A stretch of 63,581 nucleotides of DNA, filler included. It is 5 parts of 5 records of this genome, joined end to end, with 100 filler letters (N's around TTAATTAATTAA, not from the genome) between each part and the next. Parts side by side here need not be neighbours in the genome. Positions count along the whole stretch, not along the records: positions 8,763 to 38,342 come from SRR20825010_33; 4 more parts are not named here. The stretch is one strand, 5' to 3'. Under the pieces are notes generated by a model. It worked only from the letters and a program-made list of their open reading frames with translations, was not told the DNA's origin and searched no databases. Positions 17,454-27,250 of the stretch are shown in pieces (the stretch's first letter is position 1; the number at the start of each line of letters is the position of its first letter). The position numbers and the translations under genes were made by a program.

Positions 17454-18266
17454 CTAATCACAATTCCCGCAAATTATCGCCAAATCATCATCGCAAATAA
17501 ACTTCACATACTTCCCTTCTAAATCTTCCCACCAGCCAAACGTGAAACTAAACGAATCCGTTCCTGAAATTTTCGACATCCATTTATTGTTGCCTTTTTT
17601 CATGTGCAGATCAAGCTTCTTAATTTTGTTCTGCCGTACCTTCGTAGAAAAATCAAATTCTAGGCCAGCGTCCAAGGCTTGTTGTTTTATATTCTCAATC
17701 TCCTGATTCGTAGTTTTCTCAGAAATTTCGAACATCTTCATTTTTAGCGAATCTTGAGCATTTTTATCTCTTTTAATCAAATATGGAGCTGCAAGGTTCT
17801 TATTAAACCACTTTCCGTCTCGTGGAATCATCGTTAAACTCAGTTTTTCTAGATTCGGTGTTTGAACCGCTGCGCGCAATTTTTCTTGAGTGACAATCCG
17901 TTCTGGTTGATCCTCTTCATAATAAACGTTGATTTCTGGTCGCGTTTCGTTTTCTACCGGATTAACCGCTTTATCCTCCAAGGTTTGAATCATTGGTAGT
18001 GACTGTGGTTCAGTTGTTTCGCTTGAGTTTGTAGTTGATAATGTCGATACGACCAATGCGCTCGTCACTGTAATAATACTGATAGCTGTAATCATAATAA
18101 GTGTTTTAAATTTGAGTGATAACGCAGCCCATTTTGTGAGAATTCCACCGCCCGCTGCGGCTATAATAGACACATTTAATGCCTCCGAAGCTTGTGAATA
18201 CGACGTTTTTGGCGCTTGTTCACGTGCGCGACTGAACAGTTGATCGATTCTTTCGTTAGTTTCCAT
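17454..18266 (-). CDS. Membrane-anchored putative anti-sigma factor
   Basis: Overlaps the ECF sigma gene; short N-terminal domain, TM segment and a Ser/Thr linker. Confidence 0.55.
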   Translation of the reverse strand: METNERIDQLFSRAREQAPKTSYSQASEALNVSIIAAAGGGILTKWAALSLKFKTLIMITAISIITVTSALVVSTLSTTNSSETTEPQSLPMIQTLEDKAVNPVENETRPEINVYYEEDQPERIVTQEKLRAAVQTPNLEKLSLTMIPRDGKWFNKNLAAPYLIKRDKNAQDSLKMKMFEISEKTTNQEIENIKQQALDAGLEFDFSTKVRQNKIKKLDLHMKKGNNKWMSKISGTDSFSFTFGWWEDLEGKYVKFICDDDLAIICGNCD

Positions 18267-18786
18267 TCATTGCCTCCTTCCCTGTTTTGTATGCTGACTC
18301 AAAGGTCAAAATGGTGGTTAATTGAATCCTTCCTCGCCTCAAGCGTTGCTTTACTGAGTCCTCTGAAACGGATTGAATTTCAGCTATTTCACGAATAGAA
18401 AATCCAGAGATTTCAAATAGAATCAGGCATTCTCGTTGATCTGGCTTAAGTTCTGCCAATGCCTTGTGAAGTAAATGTACTTCTGCATCAATTTCGGCTT
18501 GATTTGTTCCTGGAATCGAGAAAATTTCTTCTGAATCCGCAAATACGCTCGTTTTCTTCTTGCGGTGACTATTCGCCAATAAACGAACGCTGATTCCAAA
18601 CAAAAAGGAAAGAAAAGCCTCAGATGATTTTAATGAATCGAACTTGTTGTACGCCACAATCAACGTTTCATTCATCAGGTCGTTATACTCCATCTCTCCA
18701 TACACACGCGCCCTGCAGAAGCGTTCGAAACGATCGTGAACCGGTTCGTAAAGTGATAAAAAGCGATGTTGTTTTGAAACTGACAT
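18256..18786 (-). CDS. ECF RNA polymerase sigma factor
   Basis: Region 2 (DLMNET...FLSFLFGI) and region 4 (GFSIREIAE...SVKQRLRRGR). Confidence 0.92.
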   Translation of the reverse strand: MSVSKQHRFLSLYEPVHDRFERFCRARVYGEMEYNDLMNETLIVAYNKFDSLKSSEAFLSFLFGISVRLLANSHRKKKTSVFADSEEIFSIPGTNQAEIDAEVHLLHKALAELKPDQRECLILFEISGFSIREIAEIQSVSEDSVKQRLRRGRIQLTTILTFESAYKTGKEAMNGN

Positions 18787-19063
18787 GCGTAAATTGAACT
18801 GCGTTTAATTGTTAAGTGTCGTTTTTGGTGCAAAAGTGACAAGCATTCTAAAAATAAGTGAAATCTTTTTTCTTCACCGAACCCAAATTCTCTGCAAACT
18901 AAGTTAAATGTGCTATTCCCCGAAGATGCTAAATTCGAGAAGAACACCATAAATTAATTTTTTATTCATAGTTAAAGTCTCAATTGCTCAAATTAAATAG
19001 TTATTTTGGTGAGAACGATTTATGATTGTCATGAATCAAACCAATTAACCAAAACCACTATTA

Positions 19064-19822
19064 ATGAAATTACTACAAACTAAAATGTCCTCATGGACTA
19101 AAGAATCATCGGACTTTCGTTCATTGGCAAAGGCGATAAAATTTACAGGTCTTTTTTTCTTATTTGCGTTCTCAAGTGTCGGTCAAGACCTGTCTGTTTT
19201 TAAAAAATGTGCATTAGGAAGTGGAATTGATGCAATTCCATACCCCACTTTGGAAAAAAAAGCCAGTGATTTACAATCTGCTAAGGACAAAGCCTTTGAT
19301 GCGTGCAAGGGTTACAAAGGACGTGCATTGCATGATAGTAAAAAGAATTCTTTGAGAATTAAAAAAGAAATGACTGAAGACCTTGTGGAAGCGGAAAAGA
19401 AAGTGGCAGATTACAAGGGTTCTTCATCTTCTGAGCTGAATAGCCTAAATTCGAAAGTGAAGGAACTTAAGAAAGAATTAGCAGATGTGACCGAGGAAAT
19501 CGCGGAATTCGATAAAAAGATCAATGAAGGATTAAAACTTTGGCAAAAACTTTTGGATATCCGATTTGAAATAGATCAAGTATACTCCGAAGTAAAAAAA
19601 CAACTATTGCAATCAAAATCTTCTCCTGACGACCACATTAAGAAGCCTTCGAGTTCGGATAAAGTAGCAATGGATCAATATAACAAAGATGTCACGGAAT
19701 TAAAGGGGTATATTGACAAAATTGTCGGCACTGTAGACAAAGGAAGATCCGAACATAAGAAACCAATAGATGAAGCAGTAAACGTGATTGAGTGGTTGGA
19801 AAATGCTCAAGATTTAAAGTAA
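19064..19822 (+). CDS. Secreted coiled-coil hypothetical protein
   Basis: Hydrophobic signal-like segment and Lys/Glu heptads. Confidence 0.65.
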   Translation: MKLLQTKMSSWTKESSDFRSLAKAIKFTGLFFLFAFSSVGQDLSVFKKCALGSGIDAIPYPTLEKKASDLQSAKDKAFDACKGYKGRALHDSKKNSLRIKKEMTEDLVEAEKKVADYKGSSSSELNSLNSKVKELKKELADVTEEIAEFDKKINEGLKLWQKLLDIRFEIDQVYSEVKKQLLQSKSSPDDHIKKPSSSDKVAMDQYNKDVTELKGYIDKIVGTVDKGRSEHKKPIDEAVNVIEWLENAQDLK

Positions 19823-19990
19823 AAGTAAGTTGAGAAATTCAGAGCATCATCAGCTAAATTGGGTGACGCTTCAACCCTGTGCTATAATTCACATTCAGGA
19901 TTGATTATGTATCCATCGATTAAAATTGGGTTCAGCAAAATTTAAGAGCTATTAATTTCCGTTATTTGCAGAGATTAAAACCTATAATTT

Positions 19991-20842
19991 ATGATTATGA
20001 AAAAAAGTGTCTTAGTTATTCTTGCGTTTGGATTTTCACAACTGATATTCGCTCAAAATCAGAGCTTTATTGAAGTAGCGGTTGATGAAGCCATAGAATT
20101 GAAAGCGAAAAGCGTTGCCTTCCACATAGCTGTAGTTTCTGAATATGAACAACGTGAGATTATGTTGTACAATGATTACGAAAGTGAGTACTATTATTTC
20201 GAAAGTGACGAAGATTACTACTATGAAGAAATGATGGCAGAATCGCCAAAGAAAGTGACTAAGGAAATGAAACAGGCCTACGAGCAACGTCAGCGTGAAC
20301 GTGATGAACGACTCGCAGAACAAAGTCTCAAGGAAGCTCAGTTTGTGCCTTTTCGAATTTCTGATTTAATGAAAATATTAAACGATAATTCGATAGCGTA
20401 TACTGTAAAAACAGATCGTGGTGTTTTCGACGAGTTGTTGTATTCGGAGAGCTACGAAAATGACAGTAGCTTAGTAGTTAACCTGACTTCAAAAGAAGGG
20501 TATGATAATTTAATCTCACTCATTTCTGATTTACAAGTGAACTCCAATACGGGGGCTGTTGTCTATGAGGAATTAAATGATCAGTATGAAACGGCCATTC
20601 CTAAAATCACAGCGAAAGCAACAAAACAAGCGAATTTATTGGCGAGTTCAATGCAACGCAAGGCTGGAAAAGTGATTCAGTGTACAAATGTACTACCAAC
20701 AGGAATGAGCACGAGCTTGATTAATGAAATGATTACTAATCCTTTAGGTAGATTTGGATTAAGTGATAGTTTCGATTCGAATCCATTTAACAAGATCCAA
20801 AAGAATTACATTACGTTCGTTTATCGTTTTGAGCTTATTTAA
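19991..20842 (+). CDS. SIMPL/DUF541-like secreted protein
   Basis: Signal peptide, FIEVAVDE...LKAK start, KATKQANLLA...GKVI and a terminal YRFEL strand. Confidence 0.55.
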   Translation: MIMKKSVLVILAFGFSQLIFAQNQSFIEVAVDEAIELKAKSVAFHIAVVSEYEQREIMLYNDYESEYYYFESDEDYYYEEMMAESPKKVTKEMKQAYEQRQRERDERLAEQSLKEAQFVPFRISDLMKILNDNSIAYTVKTDRGVFDELLYSESYENDSSLVVNLTSKEGYDNLISLISDLQVNSNTGAVVYEELNDQYETAIPKITAKATKQANLLASSMQRKAGKVIQCTNVLPTGMSTSLINEMITNPLGRFGLSDSFDSNPFNKIQKNYITFVYRFELI

Positions 20843-20850
20843 GACTAAAA

Positions 20851-22326
20851 TCACCCATTTACCAAAGCGAGGGTAGTTTCGTATACGTTACTGCCCTCCA
20901 TTTTTGACTTCAACCACGCATAATAACTCATTCGCAGCAAATCTTCCTCTTCTTTGGGTTTCCAAATAAATGTTTTTTCCACCTTTTGTTTAAATTCGTC
21001 CGTGGTCGCTATACTTGGCGTTGATTCAATCTCTCTTACCAATTTCAAAAAAGGCAAAATCTGAACGTTCTCAGGAAGTTTTAATTCCGCTCGAAACTTT
21101 CGGGTCAAACTGGAAATCCGCGATTCAACAAAATCTACATCTGCCAATTCTATGTGCAGTAAAATTTCAAAGTATTTCAGGTTTAAAAGCCATTCCATTC
21201 CAGCTTCACGGGTGTAGAAAGTGTCAGATCCATTCAAGGTTGCGAGAATACTTTTTGCTTGAGAAAGCTCTCCCTGCTGAAAATGAATCATCGCTCGCGT
21301 GAGTCGCGCATTGAGTAACAGATCCAATTCTGCGTACTTTCCATTGATCAATTCATCAATAATTCGCGCCGCCTCTTCGTGTTTTCCCAGTAGATTGAGA
21401 TTCAGTGCTTCAAGCGTCGCGTATTTAACATAACGAAGATCAAAAAGCATTTCGTCAAAGCGTTTCATTTGAACCAACATATCACTCAAATATTCCCGAC
21501 TTTGGTTGAATTTCTTCTTCCGAAAGTAAATATTTGCAATGCTATACAAAAGATCGATGTGGTAAATTAACGAGCGCTCATTATCTCCCTCCTCCCCTTT
21601 CAAATCAGTTATTCTATCTGCGAAAAACACATTCAAGGAATGATAATCATTTCGCTTTGTTCCAGCTATATCGGCAATACTCGCAAGTTGACAAAGCGAT
21701 TTAAAACTATATCCCAATTGCCGACTCACGCCATATTTCTCATAGTTTTCGGTAAGAATTTCTTCTAAATCAATGGATTGCTCCTTTCGTGACGCATCTT
21801 TGAAAGCCTTCTTAACAATTGCATATACAGTGTTGAGTCTTTCTTGCTCCAGAAACGATTGTGTGTTTTTCTCCAATTTGTCAAAAATCACTGCTTGATC
21901 TTCTGCTAATTCATGGTCAGAATACTCAATTTGAGTGTGATAAATCTCGTTGAGAATGGAGAAATGATCCAGAGCCAAAGCGGATTGTTCGGTTTTTTTG
22001 AGAATTTTGAATCCACTTCTAAACTTTCCAAAACGAATGAGTTTTCGAGCAACAAGCAAGTGCTTAATCACGGAAATTTCTTGTGTTGCTTCCGCATCCA
22101 GAGTTCTCGTCGAAATAAAATCGAGGAGTCTATCTGAAAGACGCTTTTTTAACACATTGTAGGCATTGTCTCCAATTTCATTTGAAATCACCTCTTCTTC
22201 GCCGGCAATTATTGCTTTGAAAAGATCGATATTTCGGGTGTCGTGCCGCTTATTCCTGCTCTTTAAATAATCGATAAAGTGATTTTGCTCTGAATTATCC
22301 AGTAAGGCAATAAGATCTTTGGTCAT
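20851..22326 (-). CDS. Helical (TPR-like) hypothetical protein
   Basis: 491-aa sequence with a helical-repeat pattern. Confidence 0.65.
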   Translation of the reverse strand: MTKDLIALLDNSEQNHFIDYLKSRNKRHDTRNIDLFKAIIAGEEEVISNEIGDNAYNVLKKRLSDRLLDFISTRTLDAEATQEISVIKHLLVARKLIRFGKFRSGFKILKKTEQSALALDHFSILNEIYHTQIEYSDHELAEDQAVIFDKLEKNTQSFLEQERLNTVYAIVKKAFKDASRKEQSIDLEEILTENYEKYGVSRQLGYSFKSLCQLASIADIAGTKRNDYHSLNVFFADRITDLKGEEGDNERSLIYHIDLLYSIANIYFRKKKFNQSREYLSDMLVQMKRFDEMLFDLRYVKYATLEALNLNLLGKHEEAARIIDELINGKYAELDLLLNARLTRAMIHFQQGELSQAKSILATLNGSDTFYTREAGMEWLLNLKYFEILLHIELADVDFVESRISSLTRKFRAELKLPENVQILPFLKLVREIESTPSIATTDEFKQKVEKTFIWKPKEEEDLLRMSYYAWLKSKMEGSNVYETTLALVNG

Positions 22327-22344
22327 GGATCGGGAGATGAAATT

Positions 22345-23742
22345 TTATGTTCTCTTCGTTAATCGCACTTGATAACCTCCTGCCATCATTGTAAATGCCA
22401 TAATCTCGTCTACTTTATCATATTCCGTAATTAACTCGAGATCAAAGTTTTTGACAAGCATCGACATAACCATTCGGATTTCCAAAATTGCTAAGTTCCT
22501 CCCTGGACAATACCTTGCTCCACCGCCAAAAGGCGTAGACGCTTCTGGAGTATGCACGGGACATTTATTCTCCTTCAACCAACGTTCAGGCTTGAAGGAT
22601 TTCGCTTCTGAAAAATAATCATCCTTCAGTGCAGCATGTCTGTATTGTGTAAGAATTTTCTGTCCTTTTGGAATTTTCAATCCTTCAACGACCATTTCTT
22701 CTGCTGATTCAAAAAGGAGCACAGGAGCAACGGGTTTAAAACGCATAGTTTCAAAAGCTGCACCTTCAAGGTACTTTAATTTCCCAGTCATTTCATACGC
22801 CCTTGGCCAGTTCAAATCACCCAAGGCGTCATCTGTTTCCGTACGTATTTTTTCATAAACGTCTGGTTCTTGTGAGAGCAAATAAATCATCCAAGTTAAT
22901 GTATGCGCAGTGGTGTCCTCTCCTGCCATTAACAAGGTGAGTAGGTTTCCTCGAACTTCCTCATCGGTAAAGTTTTCATCTTCATCCGCAGCGACAAGAA
23001 TGGATTCAATCACAGACGGTGGATTTTCCTTCAATTCGGGGTTCAGGCGTAAGCGCTCTCGTGCACTTTCAATAAATTGATCTACCAAGCGATTCATTTC
23101 TTCAACCGCTGCTTCAAATGTCTTATCTGCCTTCGTTTTATACAATTTATACCACGGAATCGGTTGATTAATTCGTTTGAAAATCATCGGAAAAACCTTT
23201 TCCATGTGATCTTGAATTGCTCCGTCTTGCTGCTCTAGCGTGTTCATCGGATATCCGAAAGCCAAAGAACACGTTACATCAACGGTAAATCTTAATAAAT
23301 CGCGCTGAATGTCAAATACATCTCCATCATTTGCATTTTTCTCCCATTTGCGAAATAATCGCTCCAAAACAGGTTCCATCGCAGGATAAAAATCCTTTTG
23401 ATGCTTCACATCTAATCCTTTAGCAACAATATGTCTATGTCGTTTCCAGTCCTCCCCTTCTGTGTTAAACACGCCGTAAACTCCACCATCTCTAATAACC
23501 TTGTTCATTTTGGAATTGCGAATCAAACTATCAGGTCGTGCATTTAGCAGTTCTTGAATCATACTTGGGCGCGTAATGACCAATTGTTCAGAAACTCCGA
23601 GATTTAAACGGTAGACATCACCAAACTCATCTGCCCAATCTTCTATTTGACGGTGTAAGCTGGGTAAGTCGAGAGAAAACAAATTCCCAACAATGGGCGC
23701 TCCTTTCGGTCCCGGAAGTGATTTAATGATTAGATCAGACAT
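22345..23742 (-). CDS. Cytochrome P450
   Basis: AGEDTT I-helix, ETMR, FKPERW and the PFGGGARYCPG heme motif. Confidence 0.97.
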   Translation of the reverse strand: MSDLIIKSLPGPKGAPIVGNLFSLDLPSLHRQIEDWADEFGDVYRLNLGVSEQLVITRPSMIQELLNARPDSLIRNSKMNKVIRDGGVYGVFNTEGEDWKRHRHIVAKGLDVKHQKDFYPAMEPVLERLFRKWEKNANDGDVFDIQRDLLRFTVDVTCSLAFGYPMNTLEQQDGAIQDHMEKVFPMIFKRINQPIPWYKLYKTKADKTFEAAVEEMNRLVDQFIESARERLRLNPELKENPPSVIESILVAADEDENFTDEEVRGNLLTLLMAGEDTTAHTLTWMIYLLSQEPDVYEKIRTETDDALGDLNWPRAYEMTGKLKYLEGAAFETMRFKPVAPVLLFESAEEMVVEGLKIPKGQKILTQYRHAALKDDYFSEAKSFKPERWLKENKCPVHTPEASTPFGGGARYCPGRNLAILEIRMVMSMLVKNFDLELITEYDKVDEIMAFTMMAGGYQVRLTKRT

Positions 23743-23822
23743 AATTTAATTTTATGATTCTAAAGATAGAAAAAGTGGTTCATGATTGGCTAACGGAGCA
23801 AGGGATAACTTCACTTGTGCAC

Positions 23823-23856
23823 AAAAAAAAGGGCGAATGAAACTTCATCCGCCCTT
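23823..23856 (-). terminator. Intrinsic terminator
   Basis: GGGCG...CGCCC stem with an upstream A8, downstream of the T9SS cargo gene. Confidence 0.75.
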
Positions 23857-23873
23857 CAAAAAAATAGTTATTC

Positions 23874-25679
23874 TTACTCTTTAATGATTTTTTGAGTCAT
23901 TTTTGAGTTTCCAACTGTTAACTCAATTAAGTAAATTCCTTTTGAAGCATCGCTAATATCAATTTGATCATTCACGCTACCTCCAGTGTATGTTTTTTGA
24001 ACGATCACACGTCCTTGAACATCAACAAGTCTTACGTTAACTGAAGCTGTAGAAGTTCCTTTGAAATCTAAAGTAAACACACCGTTATTTGGATTCGGGT
24101 AAACTGTGAATCCAGCTGACAATGATGATTCATCTAATCCTGCACAAGCATCAATATACATTGAAGTTGAATCTGAGTTTGTACATCCAGAAGTATCTGT
24201 GTAAGAATAAGTGATCCAGTTGTATCCTTGAACGCCTAATGAAGGGTCAAAGTTATTTCCTGAGATTCCCGTTCCAGAGTAAATCCCCGAAGCTGGCGTT
24301 CCAGCTGGCAATGTTACTGGACTGCTGTAAGCACAAAGCGTATCTTCTAGGAACGAAGCCAAAGTAACCGTTGGCAAAGGAAGAACTGTAACATCAAACG
24401 ATATACTGTCAGCATTTCCTGACCCATCTGTAGCGATGTACCAAACAGTTGTAACTCCAACGTTAAATGTACTTCCATTTGCATCACCTGATCCAGAACC
24501 AGTTGTTGCACCAGAGAGTGTGTGAGTGATAACTTCTCCACCACATGGGTCTACTGCAGTTACAGAAATTCCAGAAACAACAGGATCACAACTTTGAACG
24601 TTTGCAATTGGATCAATTACTGGAGCCAATGTATCAATAACAGTTACCGTAAAGTTACATGTCATTGTATCTGATGGTGTTACTGTTACAAGGTATGTTT
24701 CAGTTGTTGTTCCAACTGGGAAAGAACTTCCAGAACCTAACCCTCCGATGAGTGTTGTTGGAGCAGGAATAATTACTGTGAAAATCACCATTCCATTCCC
24801 AGAATTCACACCAGACAAGTTGTTTGGATTTGTTCCATTATTAAGGGAACCACCTCCGCCGCCATTAGCAGCACCAGTAGAATTTGATCCAGATCCTCCA
24901 CCAGAGTATCCGCCGCCACCGCCGCCGACTTGGTTTCCAGAACCGTTTCCGCCGCCGCCGAAGCCACCAACACCATAACCGATATTCGCACCAGCTCCAC
25001 CATTTACAAAGGCAAAACCACCAGAACCTGCAGACCAACCGTCAGCACCATTGGTAAAGAAACCTCCACCAGCACCTGAAGCAAATGATGCACCTACAGA
25101 ACCACCATTACCTAGTGTTCCGCCAGCACCGCCACCTCCACCGCCAGCTGCACCAGCTGTAGTGATTTGTCCGTGCTTTCCAATCCAATCAACTCCTCCT
25201 GATGCACCAGCACCACCGCCAGCGATGATTAATGGGTTCCCACTTACGGCATCCACCACAAATGTTCCACCACCACCACCGTTTCCAGCGTTGTTGTTTT
25301 CACCAACCAAAACATTTAAAACTTGACCAGGAGTTACAGCGAAATCACCAATCATAATTGCTCCTAAACCTTCAGTAACGCTTGATCCACCAGCACCATT
25401 TCCACCTGATGCTCCTCTTGTTTCAATAGTCAAACTTGTAATTCCAGCAGGAACTGTCCATTGTGTGATTGCTCCTGAAAATACAATTGTATCTGTGACG
25501 GATTGACAAGCATCAAAGCCTTGAGGGGCAGTGTAAGTGAAAAGTGTACCGCATGATCCTGAATCTGCATAGGCAGTGACATTCGAAGGACAAGTGATCT
25601 CGGCGCATTGCGACCAAGCACTCATTGAAAAGGCGACTGAGGCAAATGCCAAGCCTGTTTTTGTAATAATTGTTCTCAT
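23874..25679 (-). CDS. T9SS cargo: glycine-rich domain, HYR domains and a type A C-terminal sorting domain
   Basis: Signal peptide, poly-Gly segments, FPVGTTT/FNVGVTTV HYR motifs and VYPNP...GIYLI...KIIKE. Confidence 0.9.
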   Translation of the reverse strand: MRTIITKTGLAFASVAFSMSAWSQCAEITCPSNVTAYADSGSCGTLFTYTAPQGFDACQSVTDTIVFSGAITQWTVPAGITSLTIETRGASGGNGAGGSSVTEGLGAIMIGDFAVTPGQVLNVLVGENNNAGNGGGGGTFVVDAVSGNPLIIAGGGAGASGGVDWIGKHGQITTAGAAGGGGGGAGGTLGNGGSVGASFASGAGGGFFTNGADGWSAGSGGFAFVNGGAGANIGYGVGGFGGGGNGSGNQVGGGGGGYSGGGSGSNSTGAANGGGGGSLNNGTNPNNLSGVNSGNGMVIFTVIIPAPTTLIGGLGSGSSFPVGTTTETYLVTVTPSDTMTCNFTVTVIDTLAPVIDPIANVQSCDPVVSGISVTAVDPCGGEVITHTLSGATTGSGSGDANGSTFNVGVTTVWYIATDGSGNADSISFDVTVLPLPTVTLASFLEDTLCAYSSPVTLPAGTPASGIYSGTGISGNNFDPSLGVQGYNWITYSYTDTSGCTNSDSTSMYIDACAGLDESSLSAGFTVYPNPNNGVFTLDFKGTSTASVNVRLVDVQGRVIVQKTYTGGSVNDQIDISDASKGIYLIELTVGNSKMTQKIIKE

Positions 25680-25689
25680 ATATGTTGTG

Positions 25690-26058
25690 TTAATTAGTTA
25701 CTGAAAGAATGAAATCTACTGCGCTTTCGTTTGATTCAATCGGAATAAAAATGGAAGCATCGAAGGTTTCGACTGTGTTATTTGGGGCAATACTATAGCT
25801 AAGATCTCCCAAAACAAGAGTTGTCCCCTTGAAAAGAGACAACGAGATGAATTGCACCTCGCTAGATGAATTTGTAAGCTGAATGTTTAAGTATTTTTTT
25901 CCGTTGCTGAAACTCTCACTCAATGCAGTGGATACAGCATTTGATGAATTGGAATTGCTCCTTTCTTGCGATACAGTATTTGCCTCGTACTGTGCATACA
26001 TAGGAATACCAAATAAAAGGAAAGATAGAACAAGAAGTTGACAAGTACTTGGCTTCAT
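25690..26058 (-). CDS. Secreted hypothetical protein
   Basis: Signal peptide from ATG 26058; ends 10 nt upstream of the T9SS cargo gene. Confidence 0.55.
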   Translation of the reverse strand: MKPSTCQLLVLSFLLFGIPMYAQYEANTVSQERSNSNSSNAVSTALSESFSNGKKYLNIQLTNSSSEVQFISLSLFKGTTLVLGDLSYSIAPNNTVETFDASIFIPIESNESAVDFILSVTN

Positions 26059-26261
26059 TAGTAAATAGTTTTTTATTCGGTTACGCAAATATACGTTTTT
26101 CTCACGTCGGGTCAATGGGGGTATGTACGCGCTTTAGATTCTTACATCATAAGAGATTGTGATTAATGAAAATAACATGATATCGTAATATTTCTCGAAT
26201 AGTTGATTTTGACTTAGCTCGAGTACTCAGCACCTTTGTTTCAACATTTAATCTAAAAATT

Positions 26262-26717
26262 ATGAAATCAGAAACGATAGAATCAACCGTAGAAAATTCA
26301 TCAGTAAAATCAGCGAACGTGAATCATTTAGCAATCAAACCAACACCTGCATTTATAGGAGCATCATGGGCAGCTCTCGCTATTGGACTCATCTCCTACT
26401 GCATCGGGTTATGGAATGCAGACATGGTGTTGAATGAAAAAGGATACTATTTCACCATCATCCTATTTGGACTTTTTTCCGCGATTTCTGTGCAGAAATG
26501 TGTTAGAGACAAGGCCGAAGGAATCGAAGTAACCGATATTTATTATGGATTGAGCTGGTTTACTACACTCACTTCTATAGTATTACTAGTTGTTGGACTA
26601 AGGAATGCTGAAATTACGTTAAGCGAGAAGGGATTTTACGCCATGGCATTCACGCTTGCTTTATTCTCTGCAATTGCGGTTCAAAAGAATACGAGAGACA
26701 GTAAGCTATTAAAGTAA
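26262..26717 (+). CDS. yiaA: Inner membrane protein YiaA
   Basis: Two YiaAB repeats (LNEKGYY...QKCVRD; LSEKGFY...QKNTRD). Confidence 0.92.
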   Translation: MKSETIESTVENSSVKSANVNHLAIKPTPAFIGASWAALAIGLISYCIGLWNADMVLNEKGYYFTIILFGLFSAISVQKCVRDKAEGIEVTDIYYGLSWFTTLTSIVLLVVGLRNAEITLSEKGFYAMAFTLALFSAIAVQKNTRDSKLLK

Positions 26718-26751
26718 TACTAGACATCCAATTATACTAAAACATCACACT

Positions 26752-27156
26752 ATGGAAATTCGGAAAAGGGAAACAAACTTGAATTCGACTAGATTGCTGT
26801 CGGAATGGAGGAAAATTATAATCACATTGATTTTAGGCTTGGCTTGTTTTAGTTCCCTTTTTTCGGCTTATCTCTACCTCCATTTTAGTTTTGTGGCCAA
26901 CGTATTATTGATCTATCTATCAGTGATCCTTTGTTTCTTAGCGATTACTCTCGGGATAATTTCTGGAGTTTCTAGAAAAATGCCTGTATTACTATTTTCA
27001 ACTCTTTTCATTGCTGCTTCCGTCGGGGTTCCTGCCTTGCTAATCAACTTTAATAGTCCACATTCAGATGAATGGATTCAAACTGGGTGTGGGCTATGTT
27101 TCTTGTCCGCGATTTGTGCTCTTTTCTCAATAATGTACACTTGGAAAGAGGAATGA
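26752..27156 (+). CDS. Small 4-TM membrane protein
   Basis: Four hydrophobic stretches. Confidence 0.6.
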   Translation: MEIRKRETNLNSTRLLSEWRKIIITLILGLACFSSLFSAYLYLHFSFVANVLLIYLSVILCFLAITLGIISGVSRKMPVLLFSTLFIAASVGVPALLINFNSPHSDEWIQTGCGLCFLSAICALFSIMYTWKEE

Positions 27157-27250
27157 ATTAGCGGAATACAGCGACACTTTTTATTTTTAAAGAATTGTTC
27201 ACGTTGGAACTCTAATTTAGACTAATTTTGCTCCAAATAGCACCGCAATT

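Noticed and set aside
19851-19932. AAATTGGGT motifs and GCTATAA...TTATGTA resembling parts of the left dif-like site
   Set aside because: There is no XerD arm and the spacing is wrong; probably chance.
24347-25621. Pro-rich antisense and alternative-frame ORFs
   Set aside because: They are shadows of the Gly-rich T9SS gene.
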